DNA of 54,758 bases from Patescibacteria group bacterium (GTDB lineage: Bacteria; Patescibacteriota; Microgenomatia; UBA8517). The stretch spans positions 1 through 54,758 of the forward strand of contig JBGPAU010000003.1 in assembly GCA_041480845.1 (NCBI GenBank), in the 5' to 3' direction. The translations under genes and the position numbers were made by a program. This document shows positions 29,734 to 38,080 of this stretch, piece after piece. Position 1 is the stretch's first letter; each line of letters starts with the position of its first letter. The notes below the pieces were generated by a model. The model was not told where the DNA came from and made no database searches. It saw only the letters and a list, made by a program, of their open reading frames with translations.

Positions 29734-30174
29734 ATGAATAAGAGAGTGTTTGGAAGAAAACTTTCCAGATCACGTCCGGCCAGGGAAGCTTTATTTGCTT
29801 CTTTAGCCCAAAGCCTGATTATTAATGGAAAAATTGTAACCACCCGCGCAAAAGCCAAGGCGGTTGCCGGTAGTGTGGAAAAGATGGTTACACTGGCCAA
29901 GAAAGGAAATATCGCGGCAAGGAGAAAAGTAATGAGTAAATTGGACAATAAAAGAGAAGCCGCTGATGTTTTATTCCAGAAAGTTGTCAAAGCTTTTCCG
30001 GCCAAAAACTCAGGTTTTACCAGAATAATTTCTCTTCCTAGACGTGTCGGGGACAATGCCCAAATGGTCAGAATGGAATGGACGGAAAAAATAGAATATG
30101 AGACCAAAAAGAAGGAAGAAAAGAAAGGTGATAAGGTCAAAGGCAAAAAAGCTGAAGAAAAACCCAAAAAATGA
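29734..30174 (+). CDS. rplQ: 50S ribosomal protein L17 with Lys-rich tail
   Basis: GRKLSR, IVTTRAKAK, SGFTRI, RVGDNA. Confidence 0.97.
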   Translation: MNKRVFGRKLSRSRPAREALFASLAQSLIINGKIVTTRAKAKAVAGSVEKMVTLAKKGNIAARRKVMSKLDNKREAADVLFQKVVKAFPAKNSGFTRIISLPRRVGDNAQMVRMEWTEKIEYETKKKEEKKGDKVKGKKAEEKPKK

Positions 30175-30614
30175 AGACATTTTCACCCACACCAAAAGAT
30201 GTAAAAAGAGAATGGCATTTGATTGACGCCAAAGACGAAATATTGGGCAGGCTTTCTACCAAAATCGCGGGACTACTTATGGGTAAAGGCAAAGCAACTT
30301 TTAGCCATCACATGGATATGGGAGACTATGTGGTTGTAATTAATGCTGAAAAAATCATGGTTACCGGAAGAAAAGCTTCCCAAAAAGTTTACATAACCCA
30401 TTCGGGATACCCGGGGGGATTTAAATCAAAAAAATACAGTATGATGATGGAACAGCATCCGGAGCGCATTATTGAACACGCGGTGGCCGGAATGCTTCCT
30501 ATCAACCGATTAAGAGATCCCAGAATGTTAAGATTAAAAGTAGTAGCTGGGGATAAAAATCCTTATACTGATAAATTCGAAGCAAGAAATCCGAAATCCG
30601 AAAGTAAAGTTTAG
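30171..30614 (+). CDS. rplM: 50S ribosomal protein L13
   Basis: WHLIDA, LGRLS, GDYVVVINAEKI, HSGYPGG. Confidence 0.98.
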   Translation: MKTFSPTPKDVKREWHLIDAKDEILGRLSTKIAGLLMGKGKATFSHHMDMGDYVVVINAEKIMVTGRKASQKVYITHSGYPGGFKSKKYSMMMEQHPERIIEHAVAGMLPINRLRDPRMLRLKVVAGDKNPYTDKFEARNPKSESKV

Positions 30615-30672
30615 GATTTTGAATTTGGAATTTTGATATTGTTTCGAATTTCGATATTCGTATTTAGAATTT
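30573..30672. repeat. Heptamer-array inverted repeat spanning the rplM stop
   Basis: aaattcgaagcaagaaatccgaaatccgaaa versus tttcgaatttcgatattcgtatttagaattt. Confidence 0.75.
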
Positions 30673-30678
30673 AAAGAC

Positions 30679-31089
30679 ATGGCTAGAATAAAGAAAATTG
30701 ACTATACATACGGAGTAGGTCGAAGGAAAGAAAGCTCTGCGAGAGTAAGGCTTTATCGTGGCAAAGGGGAAAATACGGTAAACGGAATGCCAACAGAAAA
30801 GTATTTTCCGGGTGAAATAGCAATAAAGGCATTGGCTAAACCGATGGGTGCAACGGAAACCAGCGATAAATATTATTTTTCGGCCAAGGTCGCAGGCGGA
30901 GGGAAAGAAGCACAACTCGGCGCAGTTATTTTGGGTCTTGCTCGGAGTTTAGTTAAAGTATCTTCCGAGAAGAACAGAACCCCTCTCAAAAAGCTTGGTC
31001 TTCTCACCCGCGATTCCAGAATCAGACAAAGAAGAATGGTGGGAATGGGTGGTAAGTCCCGTCGTAAGAAACAATCTCCAAAGAGGTAA
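30679..31089 (+). CDS. rpsI: 30S ribosomal protein S9
   Basis: GVGRRKESSARV, LLTRDSR, C-terminal SPKR. Confidence 0.98.
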   Translation: MARIKKIDYTYGVGRRKESSARVRLYRGKGENTVNGMPTEKYFPGEIAIKALAKPMGATETSDKYYFSAKVAGGGKEAQLGAVILGLARSLVKVSSEKNRTPLKKLGLLTRDSRIRQRRMVGMGGKSRRKKQSPKR

Positions 31090-31113
31090 TCTCCTGTGGT
31101 AAAATACCGATTA

Positions 31114-31184
31114 CGGGGTGTAGTTCACCGGTAGAATGGGCGCATGGGGTGCGTCCGAAGGCGGTTCAATTCCGCCCACCCCGA
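31114..31184 (+). tRNA. tRNA-Pro (anticodon GGG); CCA not encoded
   Basis: Acceptor stem cggggtg/caccccg plus A73, anticodon loop atggggt, T-loop ttcaatt; followed by CCG; TG-G-TAAAAT promoter at 31097-31105. Confidence 0.95.
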
Positions 31185-31232
31185 CCGAATTTGCTTCTTG
31201 CATTTTATTTAGTGGGATAGTAAAAAGACGAA

Positions 31233-32318
31233 ATGGCAAAAATAAAAAAACCCGAAACGGAAGCTCCTGTAAAACAGGAAGGTGGATCCGCAAAACTTCA
31301 GGCAATTCGATTGGCGATGGATCAGATCGAAAAACAATACGGCAAAGGAAGCATTATGCGACTTGGCGGAAACGATGGGGAAAGATATAAAATTGACGTT
31401 ATTTCCACGGGCTCCATAGCGGTCGATTTAGCTCTTGGAGTTGGAGGACTCCCCAGAGGCCGTATCACAGAAATCTTCGGTCCTGAGGCATCTGGTAAGA
31501 CCACGCTGGCCTTGGCGGTCATCGCCGAAGCTCAGAAGAAAGGCGGACAGTGTGCCTTTGTTGACGCGGAGCATGCCTTGGATCCCCAGCGCGCTGAAAT
31601 ACTCGGAGTTGACCTTGATAACCTTCTTATGTCCCAACCCGATACCGGCGAACAGGCCTTGGAAATTACGGAAACCCTAATCCGTTCCGGCGCAATTGAT
31701 GTTGTCGTTGTCGATTCGGTTGCGGCATTAGTACCACGGGCGGAACTTGAAGGGGAAATGGGGGATGCGGTTATGGGAATGCAGGCCCGACTCATGTCCC
31801 AAGCTCTTAGAAAATTAACAGGAGCTATTTCAAAATCAAAGACGGTTCTGATTTTTACGAATCAGCTTAGGCTAAAAATCGGAGTCATGTTCGGTAATCC
31901 CGAAACAACTCCCGGCGGACTTGCACTTAAATTTTATTCCTCTGTAAGAATTGATTTGAGGAGAATTGAAGTTCTTAAAGACGGCGAGAAAGTAATCGGT
32001 TCCCGTCACAGAGCCCGTATTGTTAAAAATAAAGTGGCTCCTCCCCTAAGAGTTGCGGAATTTGACATTATGGAAACCGAAGGAATAAGCAGATTCGGCG
32101 GACTGCTTGACGTCGGACTTGAACTTGGCCTGATCAGCAAAAGCGGATCGTTTTTTAATTACGAGGGCAAACCCATTGCCCAAGGCAAAGAAGCCGCAAA
32201 ACTTTATTTCAAAGATCATCCCAAGATTGCAGACGAAGTAGATAAAAAAATCCGCGAAATGGTTGCCTCCGGTAAAAAACTTCCTAAAGAAATTGGAGAA
32301 GAGGAAAAAGAAGAGTAA
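31233..32318 (+). CDS. recA: Recombinase RecA
   Basis: [30 protein letters not shown]; no intein. Confidence 0.99.
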   Translation: MAKIKKPETEAPVKQEGGSAKLQAIRLAMDQIEKQYGKGSIMRLGGNDGERYKIDVISTGSIAVDLALGVGGLPRGRITEIFGPEASGKTTLALAVIAEAQKKGGQCAFVDAEHALDPQRAEILGVDLDNLLMSQPDTGEQALEITETLIRSGAIDVVVVDSVAALVPRAELEGEMGDAVMGMQARLMSQALRKLTGAISKSKTVLIFTNQLRLKIGVMFGNPETTPGGLALKFYSSVRIDLRRIEVLKDGEKVIGSRHRARIVKNKVAPPLRVAEFDIMETEGISRFGGLLDVGLELGLISKSGSFFNYEGKPIAQGKEAAKLYFKDHPKIADEVDKKIREMVASGKKLPKEIGEEEKEE

Positions 32319-32327
32319 CCTTAGTTT

Positions 32328-32939
32328 GTGCCAATAATTACTTCAATCAAGCAGCAGAAAAACAAAAACAGGGTCAATGTTTATTTGGATGATAAATTTG
32401 GTTTTGGAATTGACCTCGATAACTTCGTTTTACTCCACCTCAAAGTTGATCAGGAACTGACAGAAGAAGGTATCGTCGAAATTGTCAAAAAAGCCGAGTT
32501 TCAAAAATCTTTTGATAAACTTTTAAGATTTGCGATGGTCAGACCCCGGTCGGAAAAGGAGGTAACCGATTATTTCCGCCGCAAAAAAGTTCACGAAAGC
32601 ATGCACGAAAAATTAGTCGGGAAATTGAAGCATTTGGAACTATTGGATGACGCCAAATTTGCCAAATGGTGGATAGATCAGCGGGCAAATTTTAAGCCCA
32701 AGCCAAAAAGAATTCTAATTCAGGAGTTAAGAATAAAAGGAATCGGTAAAGAAATAATCGACGAAGTCTTGGGCGAGGAAGTTGTTGATGAGGAGAAAAT
32801 GGCGAGGGAACTTTTAGAAAAAAAGGCCTACAAATGGAAAGGTCTTGAACCCAGAATCGCCCGTCAAAAAATGTCCCAGTATCTGGCGGGGAAGGGCTTC
32901 TCCTGGGATGTGGTTGAAAAAGTGACCCCAAAAAGGTAG
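32328..32939 (+). CDS. recX: Regulatory protein RecX
   Basis: Downstream of recA; RPRSEKE, LDDAKFAKWW, YLAGKGF. Confidence 0.92.
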   Translation: MPIITSIKQQKNKNRVNVYLDDKFGFGIDLDNFVLLHLKVDQELTEEGIVEIVKKAEFQKSFDKLLRFAMVRPRSEKEVTDYFRRKKVHESMHEKLVGKLKHLELLDDAKFAKWWIDQRANFKPKPKRILIQELRIKGIGKEIIDEVLGEEVVDEEKMARELLEKKAYKWKGLEPRIARQKMSQYLAGKGFSWDVVEKVTPKR

Positions 32940-32942
32940 AAT
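32914..32942 (+). promoter_or_regulatory. rny promoter
   Basis: TTGAAA-17-TAGAAT. Confidence 0.6.
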
Positions 32943-32947
32943 ACCCC

Positions 32948-33038
32948 TTAGAGTCAAAGATATGGATAAGAAGACACAATATTTAACTTCTTCGTTCCAA
33001 ACCAGCCTCATTTAAGGCGGATCTTCTTTGGCTCCTAA
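32948..33038 (+). promoter_or_regulatory. Three-way-junction RNA in the rny 5' UTR
   Basis: 13-bp closing stem ttagagtcaaaga/tctttggctcctaa enclosing two hairpins; begins at the predicted TSS. Confidence 0.5.
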
Positions 33039-33041
33039 ATT

Positions 33042-34205
33042 ATGACAAATAGAGACGAATATATCGAAAAGTTGAGTAAGGTTTCCAAAATGACTCCTGA
33101 TGAGGCTAAAAAGTCTCTTTTGGATGAGGTCCAGGCCGATCTGACAGGTGAAATAGCCAAGAAGATCAGAGCCGCGGAGGAAAAAATCAAAGAGGAAGCA
33201 AACGAAAAAGCTCAAGAAATTCTTCTTGATGCCATGAAACACGGAGCCACGGGCTACGTTGCCGAATATACGGTTTCTTCGGTAACCGTGCCCAATGAGG
33301 ACGTTAAAGGCAGAATAATCGGTGCCGGAGGCCGAAACATCAGAACCTTCGAAAAAGAGGCAGGAGTTGAAATCGAAATCGACGAAACCAATGAAATCAG
33401 ACTTTCTTCTTTTGATGCAATCAGGCGCGAAATTGCCAAAAGGGCTTTGGAAATTCTAATCAGAGACGCCAGGATCCAACCATCAAGAATTGAGGAGGTT
33501 ATAAGGCAGGTTAAAGCCGGAATGGAGGATGTTTTACTTGATGAAGGCAAAAAAATAACACATGAATGCGGTGTTTATAATCTTCCTGTGGAACTGATGA
33601 GAATGATCGGGCGCTACAGATTTAGAACTTCATACGGACAAAATCTTGGAATCCATACAATTGAGGAAACAAAAATGGGAGTGGCGGTTGCCGGGGAAAT
33701 CGGCGCCAATGTTGATGTGGTCCGGCTTGGATGTTTACTTCATGACATCGGCAAAATTGTAACAGATGAAGAAGGAAATCATGTGGAGTTGGGAGTAAAT
33801 CTTCTTAAAAAGTACGGGATGCCCAAGGAAGTTATTGCTTGTGTTGCGGAACATCACGAGGACAGATCTTTTTCTTCAAACGAATCTGTAGTTGTTTGGA
33901 TCGCAGATGCCATATCCGGCAGCCGTCCCGGAGCCAGATATGAACCCCATGAAGGTTATGTCAAAAGGATGACCAAGATTGAGGAAATTGCCAAGGGATT
34001 TCCCGGAGTTGATATGGTTTATGCATTTCAGGCGTGGCGCGATGTCCGTGTAATAGTTAACCCCGATGAAGTTGATGATGATAAACTGACAGTACTTGCC
34101 CATGATATTGCCAAAAAACTTGAGAAAGAAGCAGAATATGCAGGTCAAATCAAAGTTTCCGTTATCCGTGAAGTCAGGGCTACGGAAACTACTTCCGCCA
34201 AATAA
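33042..34205 (+). CDS. rny: Ribonuclease Y lacking the N-terminal membrane anchor
   Basis: KH domain KGRIIGAGGRNIR, RTSYGQN, HD motif LLHDIGK, SRPGAR. Confidence 0.95.
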   Translation: MTNRDEYIEKLSKVSKMTPDEAKKSLLDEVQADLTGEIAKKIRAAEEKIKEEANEKAQEILLDAMKHGATGYVAEYTVSSVTVPNEDVKGRIIGAGGRNIRTFEKEAGVEIEIDETNEIRLSSFDAIRREIAKRALEILIRDARIQPSRIEEVIRQVKAGMEDVLLDEGKKITHECGVYNLPVELMRMIGRYRFRTSYGQNLGIHTIEETKMGVAVAGEIGANVDVVRLGCLLHDIGKIVTDEEGNHVELGVNLLKKYGMPKEVIACVAEHHEDRSFSSNESVVVWIADAISGSRPGARYEPHEGYVKRMTKIEEIAKGFPGVDMVYAFQAWRDVRVIVNPDEVDDDKLTVLAHDIAKKLEKEAEYAGQIKVSVIREVRATETTSAK

Positions 34206-35085
34206 GCAAAGCTTGGCCAGTCAAGGCCCTGGTAGTTTTCTCTTTTTAAGCTTCATTGCCCTCTTCATTTTTGTGGCAATTTTTGCTTATTTAAATAGGT
34301 CGGTTTTTCAATCGTCAACGAAAAAATCATTTCCGGATAAATTCGGGCAACTGCTTAATATTCCGACTCCGACCCCAACCCCAACACCTAAGCCATTAAC
34401 CTTTGCTGAGATGAATACTCTTTACGGTCCTTGTGTCCGCCTCCCGGTACTTATGTATCATCACATCCAGACCCAAGACGCCGCGAAAGCGAATAGGGAA
34501 ACAGGTCTAACTACTTACACTGATTTTTTCCAAAAACAAATGCAGTACCTTAAGGACAAAGGCTATAACGTTGCCGGCATGAATGATCTCGTCAATTTCT
34601 TTGATAACGGAACGCCGATTACACCCAAAAGCGTTCTTATAACTTTTGATGATGCCTATGAGGATTTTAATACGGACGCCTTTCCCATTCTCCAAAACTT
34701 GGGTTATAAAGCAACAGTATTTGTGCCGACAGGGCTTGTGGATAATCCGGGATACCTTACATGGAACCAAATTATTTCGATGAACGGATCGATTTTATTT
34801 GCCAACCATACCTGGTCCCATAAAAATGTGGGAGTTTCGACGAGCATCATGCAATATGAAGTTTCTACAGCAGATACCCAACTGTCTGACCGAAATTTAA
34901 ATTCACCGAAGATCTTTTCTTATCCCTATGGGCTTGACACCGGGCAGGCGGAGAAGTATCTGATTTCTTTGGATTATAAAGCTGCCTTTACCACAAATCC
35001 AGGGGGCATTCTTTGCGAAAAACAAAGATTTGCCCTCCCCAGAATTAGAATCGGCAGCACTTCTTTGTCCTCTTACGGGTTTTGA
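34138..35085 (+). CDS. Membrane-anchored polysaccharide deacetylase (CE4/NodB); start uncertain
   Basis: TM helix, PTPTPTPTP linker, PVLMYHHI, ITFDDAYED, NHTWSH, YPYG. Confidence 0.85.
   Translation: MQVKSKFPLSVKSGLRKLLPPNKQSLASQGPGSFLFLSFIALFIFVAIFAYLNRSVFQSSTKKSFPDKFGQLLNIPTPTPTPTPKPLTFAEMNTLYGPCVRLPVLMYHHIQTQDAAKANRETGLTTYTDFFQKQMQYLKDKGYNVAGMNDLVNFFDNGTPITPKSVLITFDDAYEDFNTDAFPILQNLGYKATVFVPTGLVDNPGYLTWNQIISMNGSILFANHTWSHKNVGVSTSIMQYEVSTADTQLSDRNLNSPKIFSYPYGLDTGQAEKYLISLDYKAAFTTNPGGILCEKQRFALPRIRIGSTSLSSYGF
34203..34234 (+). repeat. Family B repeat, copy 3
   Basis: taagcaaagcttggccagtcaaggccctggta starting at the rny stop codon. Confidence 0.85.
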
Positions 35086-35107
35086 TTTTTGAAAAAGTGG
35101 CGATAAC

Positions 35108-35136
35108 TTGACATTTTTCTAACATTCATTTATGCT
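35108..35136 (+). promoter_or_regulatory. HU promoter
   Basis: TTGACA-17-TATGCT. Confidence 0.6.
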
Positions 35137-35146
35137 TCTTCGCAGA

Positions 35147-35422
35147 ATGACAAAAACTGATTTGATAGATCAGGTTTCAAGGAAAGCCCATTTAACCAAA
35201 AAGGCCGCGGAAGAAGCGGTTGAAGTTTTCCTAGACGAAGTCGGGCGCGTTCTCGCCAAAGGAGAAAAAGTAGTTCTTTCGGGATTTGGGACCTTTCGAG
35301 TAATTACGATGAAAGGAAAAACGGTTAAAATCCCCAAAACCGAAAAAATGGTTACCATTAAATCCCACAGATCCCCGCGTTTTACCCCGGGAAAAAAGCT
35401 CAAAAGACAAGTTTCGAGATAA
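35147..35422 (+). CDS. hup: HU-family DNA-binding protein
   Basis: MTKTDLI, GFGTF, PRFTPGKKLK. Confidence 0.93.
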   Translation: MTKTDLIDQVSRKAHLTKKAAEEAVEVFLDEVGRVLAKGEKVVLSGFGTFRVITMKGKTVKIPKTEKMVTIKSHRSPRFTPGKKLKRQVSR

Positions 35423-35448
35423 CCGCCGGCTAATGCTATACTTCAGTT

Positions 35449-36435
35449 ATGAACAAGGCCATTATTGTGGATGGTTTAGTTAAAAACTTTGAAATAACCG
35501 AAAAAGAACCGGGACTAACAGGCGCTTTTAAATCTCTCTTTTCTCCGAAAAAAAAGGAAATTCATGCCCTACGGGGAATTTCGTTTACAATCCAGCCGGG
35601 AGAACTTGTCGGATTCATTGGTCCGAATGGTGCAGGGAAAACCACAACTCTCAAAACTTTATCTGGTTTACTTTATCCCACATCGGGTTTCGTTGAAGTT
35701 TTAGAATATGATCCCTGGGAAAGAAAACCGGAATTTTTAAAACAAATTTCTCTGGTCATGGGACAAAAAAATCAACTTTGGTGGGATCTTCCCGCGATTG
35801 AAACTTTTGAACTGAATAGGGCGATATATGAAATCCCCACGCGTACCTATCAGGAAAACCTTAAAGAGCTTGTGGAACTACTTGAGATTGAAAAACTTTT
35901 AGAAACCCCGGTACGCAAACTTTCTCTGGGACAGAGGATGCGGATGGAATTAACCGCCGCACTTCTTCATAAACCCAAGGTACTATTTTTGGACGAACCG
36001 ACAATTGGGTTGGACCTGATTGCCCAGCAAAAAATGCGGGACTTTATTTATGATTACAACCGCAGGTATGGAGCAACAATTCTTCTTACCTCCCACAATA
36101 TGGACGATCTGACCGACCTGGCAAGACGGGTGATTGTTATTAATCAGGGAGCAATTCTATTTGACGGGGCACTGGAAGATCTGGTCACAAAGTATGCCAA
36201 AGAAAAGATTATTAAAGCGACTCTTTCCAAGGAGGATGGGATTGCGGATATTGAAAAAATCGGCAAAGTTAAGAAGCTTGTTTTTCCTCAGGTAATTTTA
36301 TCGGTTCCCCGTGCGGCAACTGCTGTTGCCGCTTCGGAACTTCTTCAAAACTTTCCTGTTGCGGACCTGACAATAGAAGAAATCCCCATTGAAGACGTAA
36401 TCCGTAAAGCATTTAAAAGCGGTCTTAAAAAATGA
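35449..36435 (+). CDS. ABC-2 type exporter ATP-binding protein
   Basis: GPNGAGKTT, LSLGQRMR, FLDEPTIGLD, H-loop TSH. Confidence 0.95.
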   Translation: MNKAIIVDGLVKNFEITEKEPGLTGAFKSLFSPKKKEIHALRGISFTIQPGELVGFIGPNGAGKTTTLKTLSGLLYPTSGFVEVLEYDPWERKPEFLKQISLVMGQKNQLWWDLPAIETFELNRAIYEIPTRTYQENLKELVELLEIEKLLETPVRKLSLGQRMRMELTAALLHKPKVLFLDEPTIGLDLIAQQKMRDFIYDYNRRYGATILLTSHNMDDLTDLARRVIVINQGAILFDGALEDLVTKYAKEKIIKATLSKEDGIADIEKIGKVKKLVFPQVILSVPRAATAVAASELLQNFPVADLTIEEIPIEDVIRKAFKSGLKK

Positions 36436-37235
36436 ATAAGTATTGGAGTATCTTTCGAATCTCTTTTCAGCAAGAGTTTGCCTACCGTCTGAATTTTATT
36501 TTGTGGAGAGTCCGGAATGTCTTTCAGATTCTATTAACCTATTTTCTTTGGAGTACGGTATTTACCAACCCCCAAACTCAGATTTTTGGCTATGACAGGG
36601 CAAAAATTCTTACCTACGTCTTTGGGATAATGATAGTAAGGGCTCTTGTTTTTTCTGCCCGGGCTATGGATGTTTCGTTTGATATTGCGCGGGGAGACCT
36701 GTCCAATTATCTTCTTAAACCCTTAAGTTATTTTAAATATTGGTTTACGAGAGATGTCTCCAGTAAAGCCCTAAACTTGATGTTTGCGGCTGTTGAATTT
36801 CTGGTTCTTTTTGCGATTTTAAAGCCTCCATTTTTCTTTCAGGGAAACTTGGTTGCCTTAATTGCGTTTACGGTAAGTATCGTCCTGGCAATTCTGATTT
36901 TTTTCTTCGTTCTTTTTCTAATCAGTTCCATTCCTTTTTGGGCGCCCGAAATCGGATGGGGTTCCCATTTCTTAATTACTGTAGTAATCATCGAAGCTCT
37001 TTCGGGGGCGCTTTTCCCGATCAATATTTTACCGCGCGCATTTCAATCGTTAGTCATGGCAACCCCTTTTCCGTATCTGATTTATTTTCCGGTCGAGGTT
37101 TATTTGGGAAATATACAAGGGAGCGCGCTTATCGGAGGACTCATGGTTGCTGCCGCGTGGGCCGGAGTTTTGTGGCTTAGCTTAAACTTTGTTTGGCAAA
37201 AGGGGCTTAAGGTGTATCAAGCATTAGGACGGTGA
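36432..37235 (+). CDS. ABC-2 family permease (DUF990-like)
   Basis: Six hydrophobic segments, GDLSNYLLKP, SGALFP. Confidence 0.85.
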   Translation: MNKYWSIFRISFQQEFAYRLNFILWRVRNVFQILLTYFLWSTVFTNPQTQIFGYDRAKILTYVFGIMIVRALVFSARAMDVSFDIARGDLSNYLLKPLSYFKYWFTRDVSSKALNLMFAAVEFLVLFAILKPPFFFQGNLVALIAFTVSIVLAILIFFFVLFLISSIPFWAPEIGWGSHFLITVVIIEALSGALFPINILPRAFQSLVMATPFPYLIYFPVEVYLGNIQGSALIGGLMVAAAWAGVLWLSLNFVWQKGLKVYQALGR

Positions 37236-37254
37236 ATTTGGGTTTTTCAAATTC

Positions 37255-37276
37255 ATCCTGAGCGCAGTCGAAGGAT
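37255..37276 (+). repeat. Family A palindromic repeat
   Basis: atcctgagcgcagtcgaaggat between the two permeases. Confidence 0.85.
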
Positions 37277-37284
37277 AAACTTTT

Positions 37285-38076
37285 ATGGCAAAAAAACTCA
37301 AAAAATATTTAAAAATCTGGTGGATGATGAGCCGGAATTCTTTTTCCATGATTATTGATCAAAAACTTGCCCTATCGGTATTTTTGATAGGGAAAGTTTT
37401 AAGGTTTATCTTCTTTTTTGGATTCCTTTATTTTTTACTGCTTGGAACAAAAACACTGGCCGGCTATTCGGGCAACCAAGTCATATTTTTCTTTCTGACC
37501 TTTAACATCATTGATGTAATATCACAGTTTTTATTCAGAGAGGTTTACAATTTCAGACCGATGATTATAAACGGGGATTTTGACCTGGTTCTTGTCAAAC
37601 CCTTAAATGCTCTTTTCAGGGTTTTAATGGGAGGGGCGGATATTATCGATTTGGTTACAATCCCACCCCTGATTTTTGCGACTATTTATGTAGGCTCTCT
37701 TCTTCACCCCTCCGTGCTATATACCATGTACTATGTACTGCTCCTCTTGAATGGTTTTCTTATCGCCACTGCGTTCCATATAATTATTCTTTCTTTTTCT
37801 ATGGTTACTCTTGAGGTGGATCATGCAATTATGATTTATAGAGATTTAACAAGCTTGGGCCGGCTTCCTATCGATATTTATAAACAGCCTTTGCAGGCAT
37901 TTTTAACCTATCTGGTGCCCGTGGGAATAATGATTACTCTTCCGGCAAAAGCAATGATGGGACTCATTGCACCTGCTGGAATATTGATGGCGCTTTCTGT
38001 TGGAATTGTTGCTTTGTTTATCGCTTTTAGATTTTGGAACTATGCCCTGACTAAATACAGCAGTGCCAGCAGTTAA
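37285..38076 (+). CDS. ABC-2 family permease (DUF990-like)
   Basis: GDFDLVLVKP, PIDIY, C-terminal YSSASS. Confidence 0.85.
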   Translation: MAKKLKKYLKIWWMMSRNSFSMIIDQKLALSVFLIGKVLRFIFFFGFLYFLLLGTKTLAGYSGNQVIFFFLTFNIIDVISQFLFREVYNFRPMIINGDFDLVLVKPLNALFRVLMGGADIIDLVTIPPLIFATIYVGSLLHPSVLYTMYYVLLLLNGFLIATAFHIIILSFSMVTLEVDHAIMIYRDLTSLGRLPIDIYKQPLQAFLTYLVPVGIMITLPAKAMMGLIAPAGILMALSVGIVALFIAFRFWNYALTKYSSASS

Positions 38077-38080
38077 AAAG

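Noticed and set aside
31233-32318. Possible inteins or introns in recA, rpoB or rpoC
   Set aside because: Lengths are normal and no splicing motifs were seen; the rpoC insert near 3870-4190 is a coiled-coil lineage insertion.
18692-34234. Repeats as a CRISPR array
   Set aside because: Copies are kilobases apart with no regular spacers and no cas genes.
34362-34395. PTPTPTPTP coding repeat
   Set aside because: Ordinary Pro/Thr linker of a membrane-anchored enzyme.
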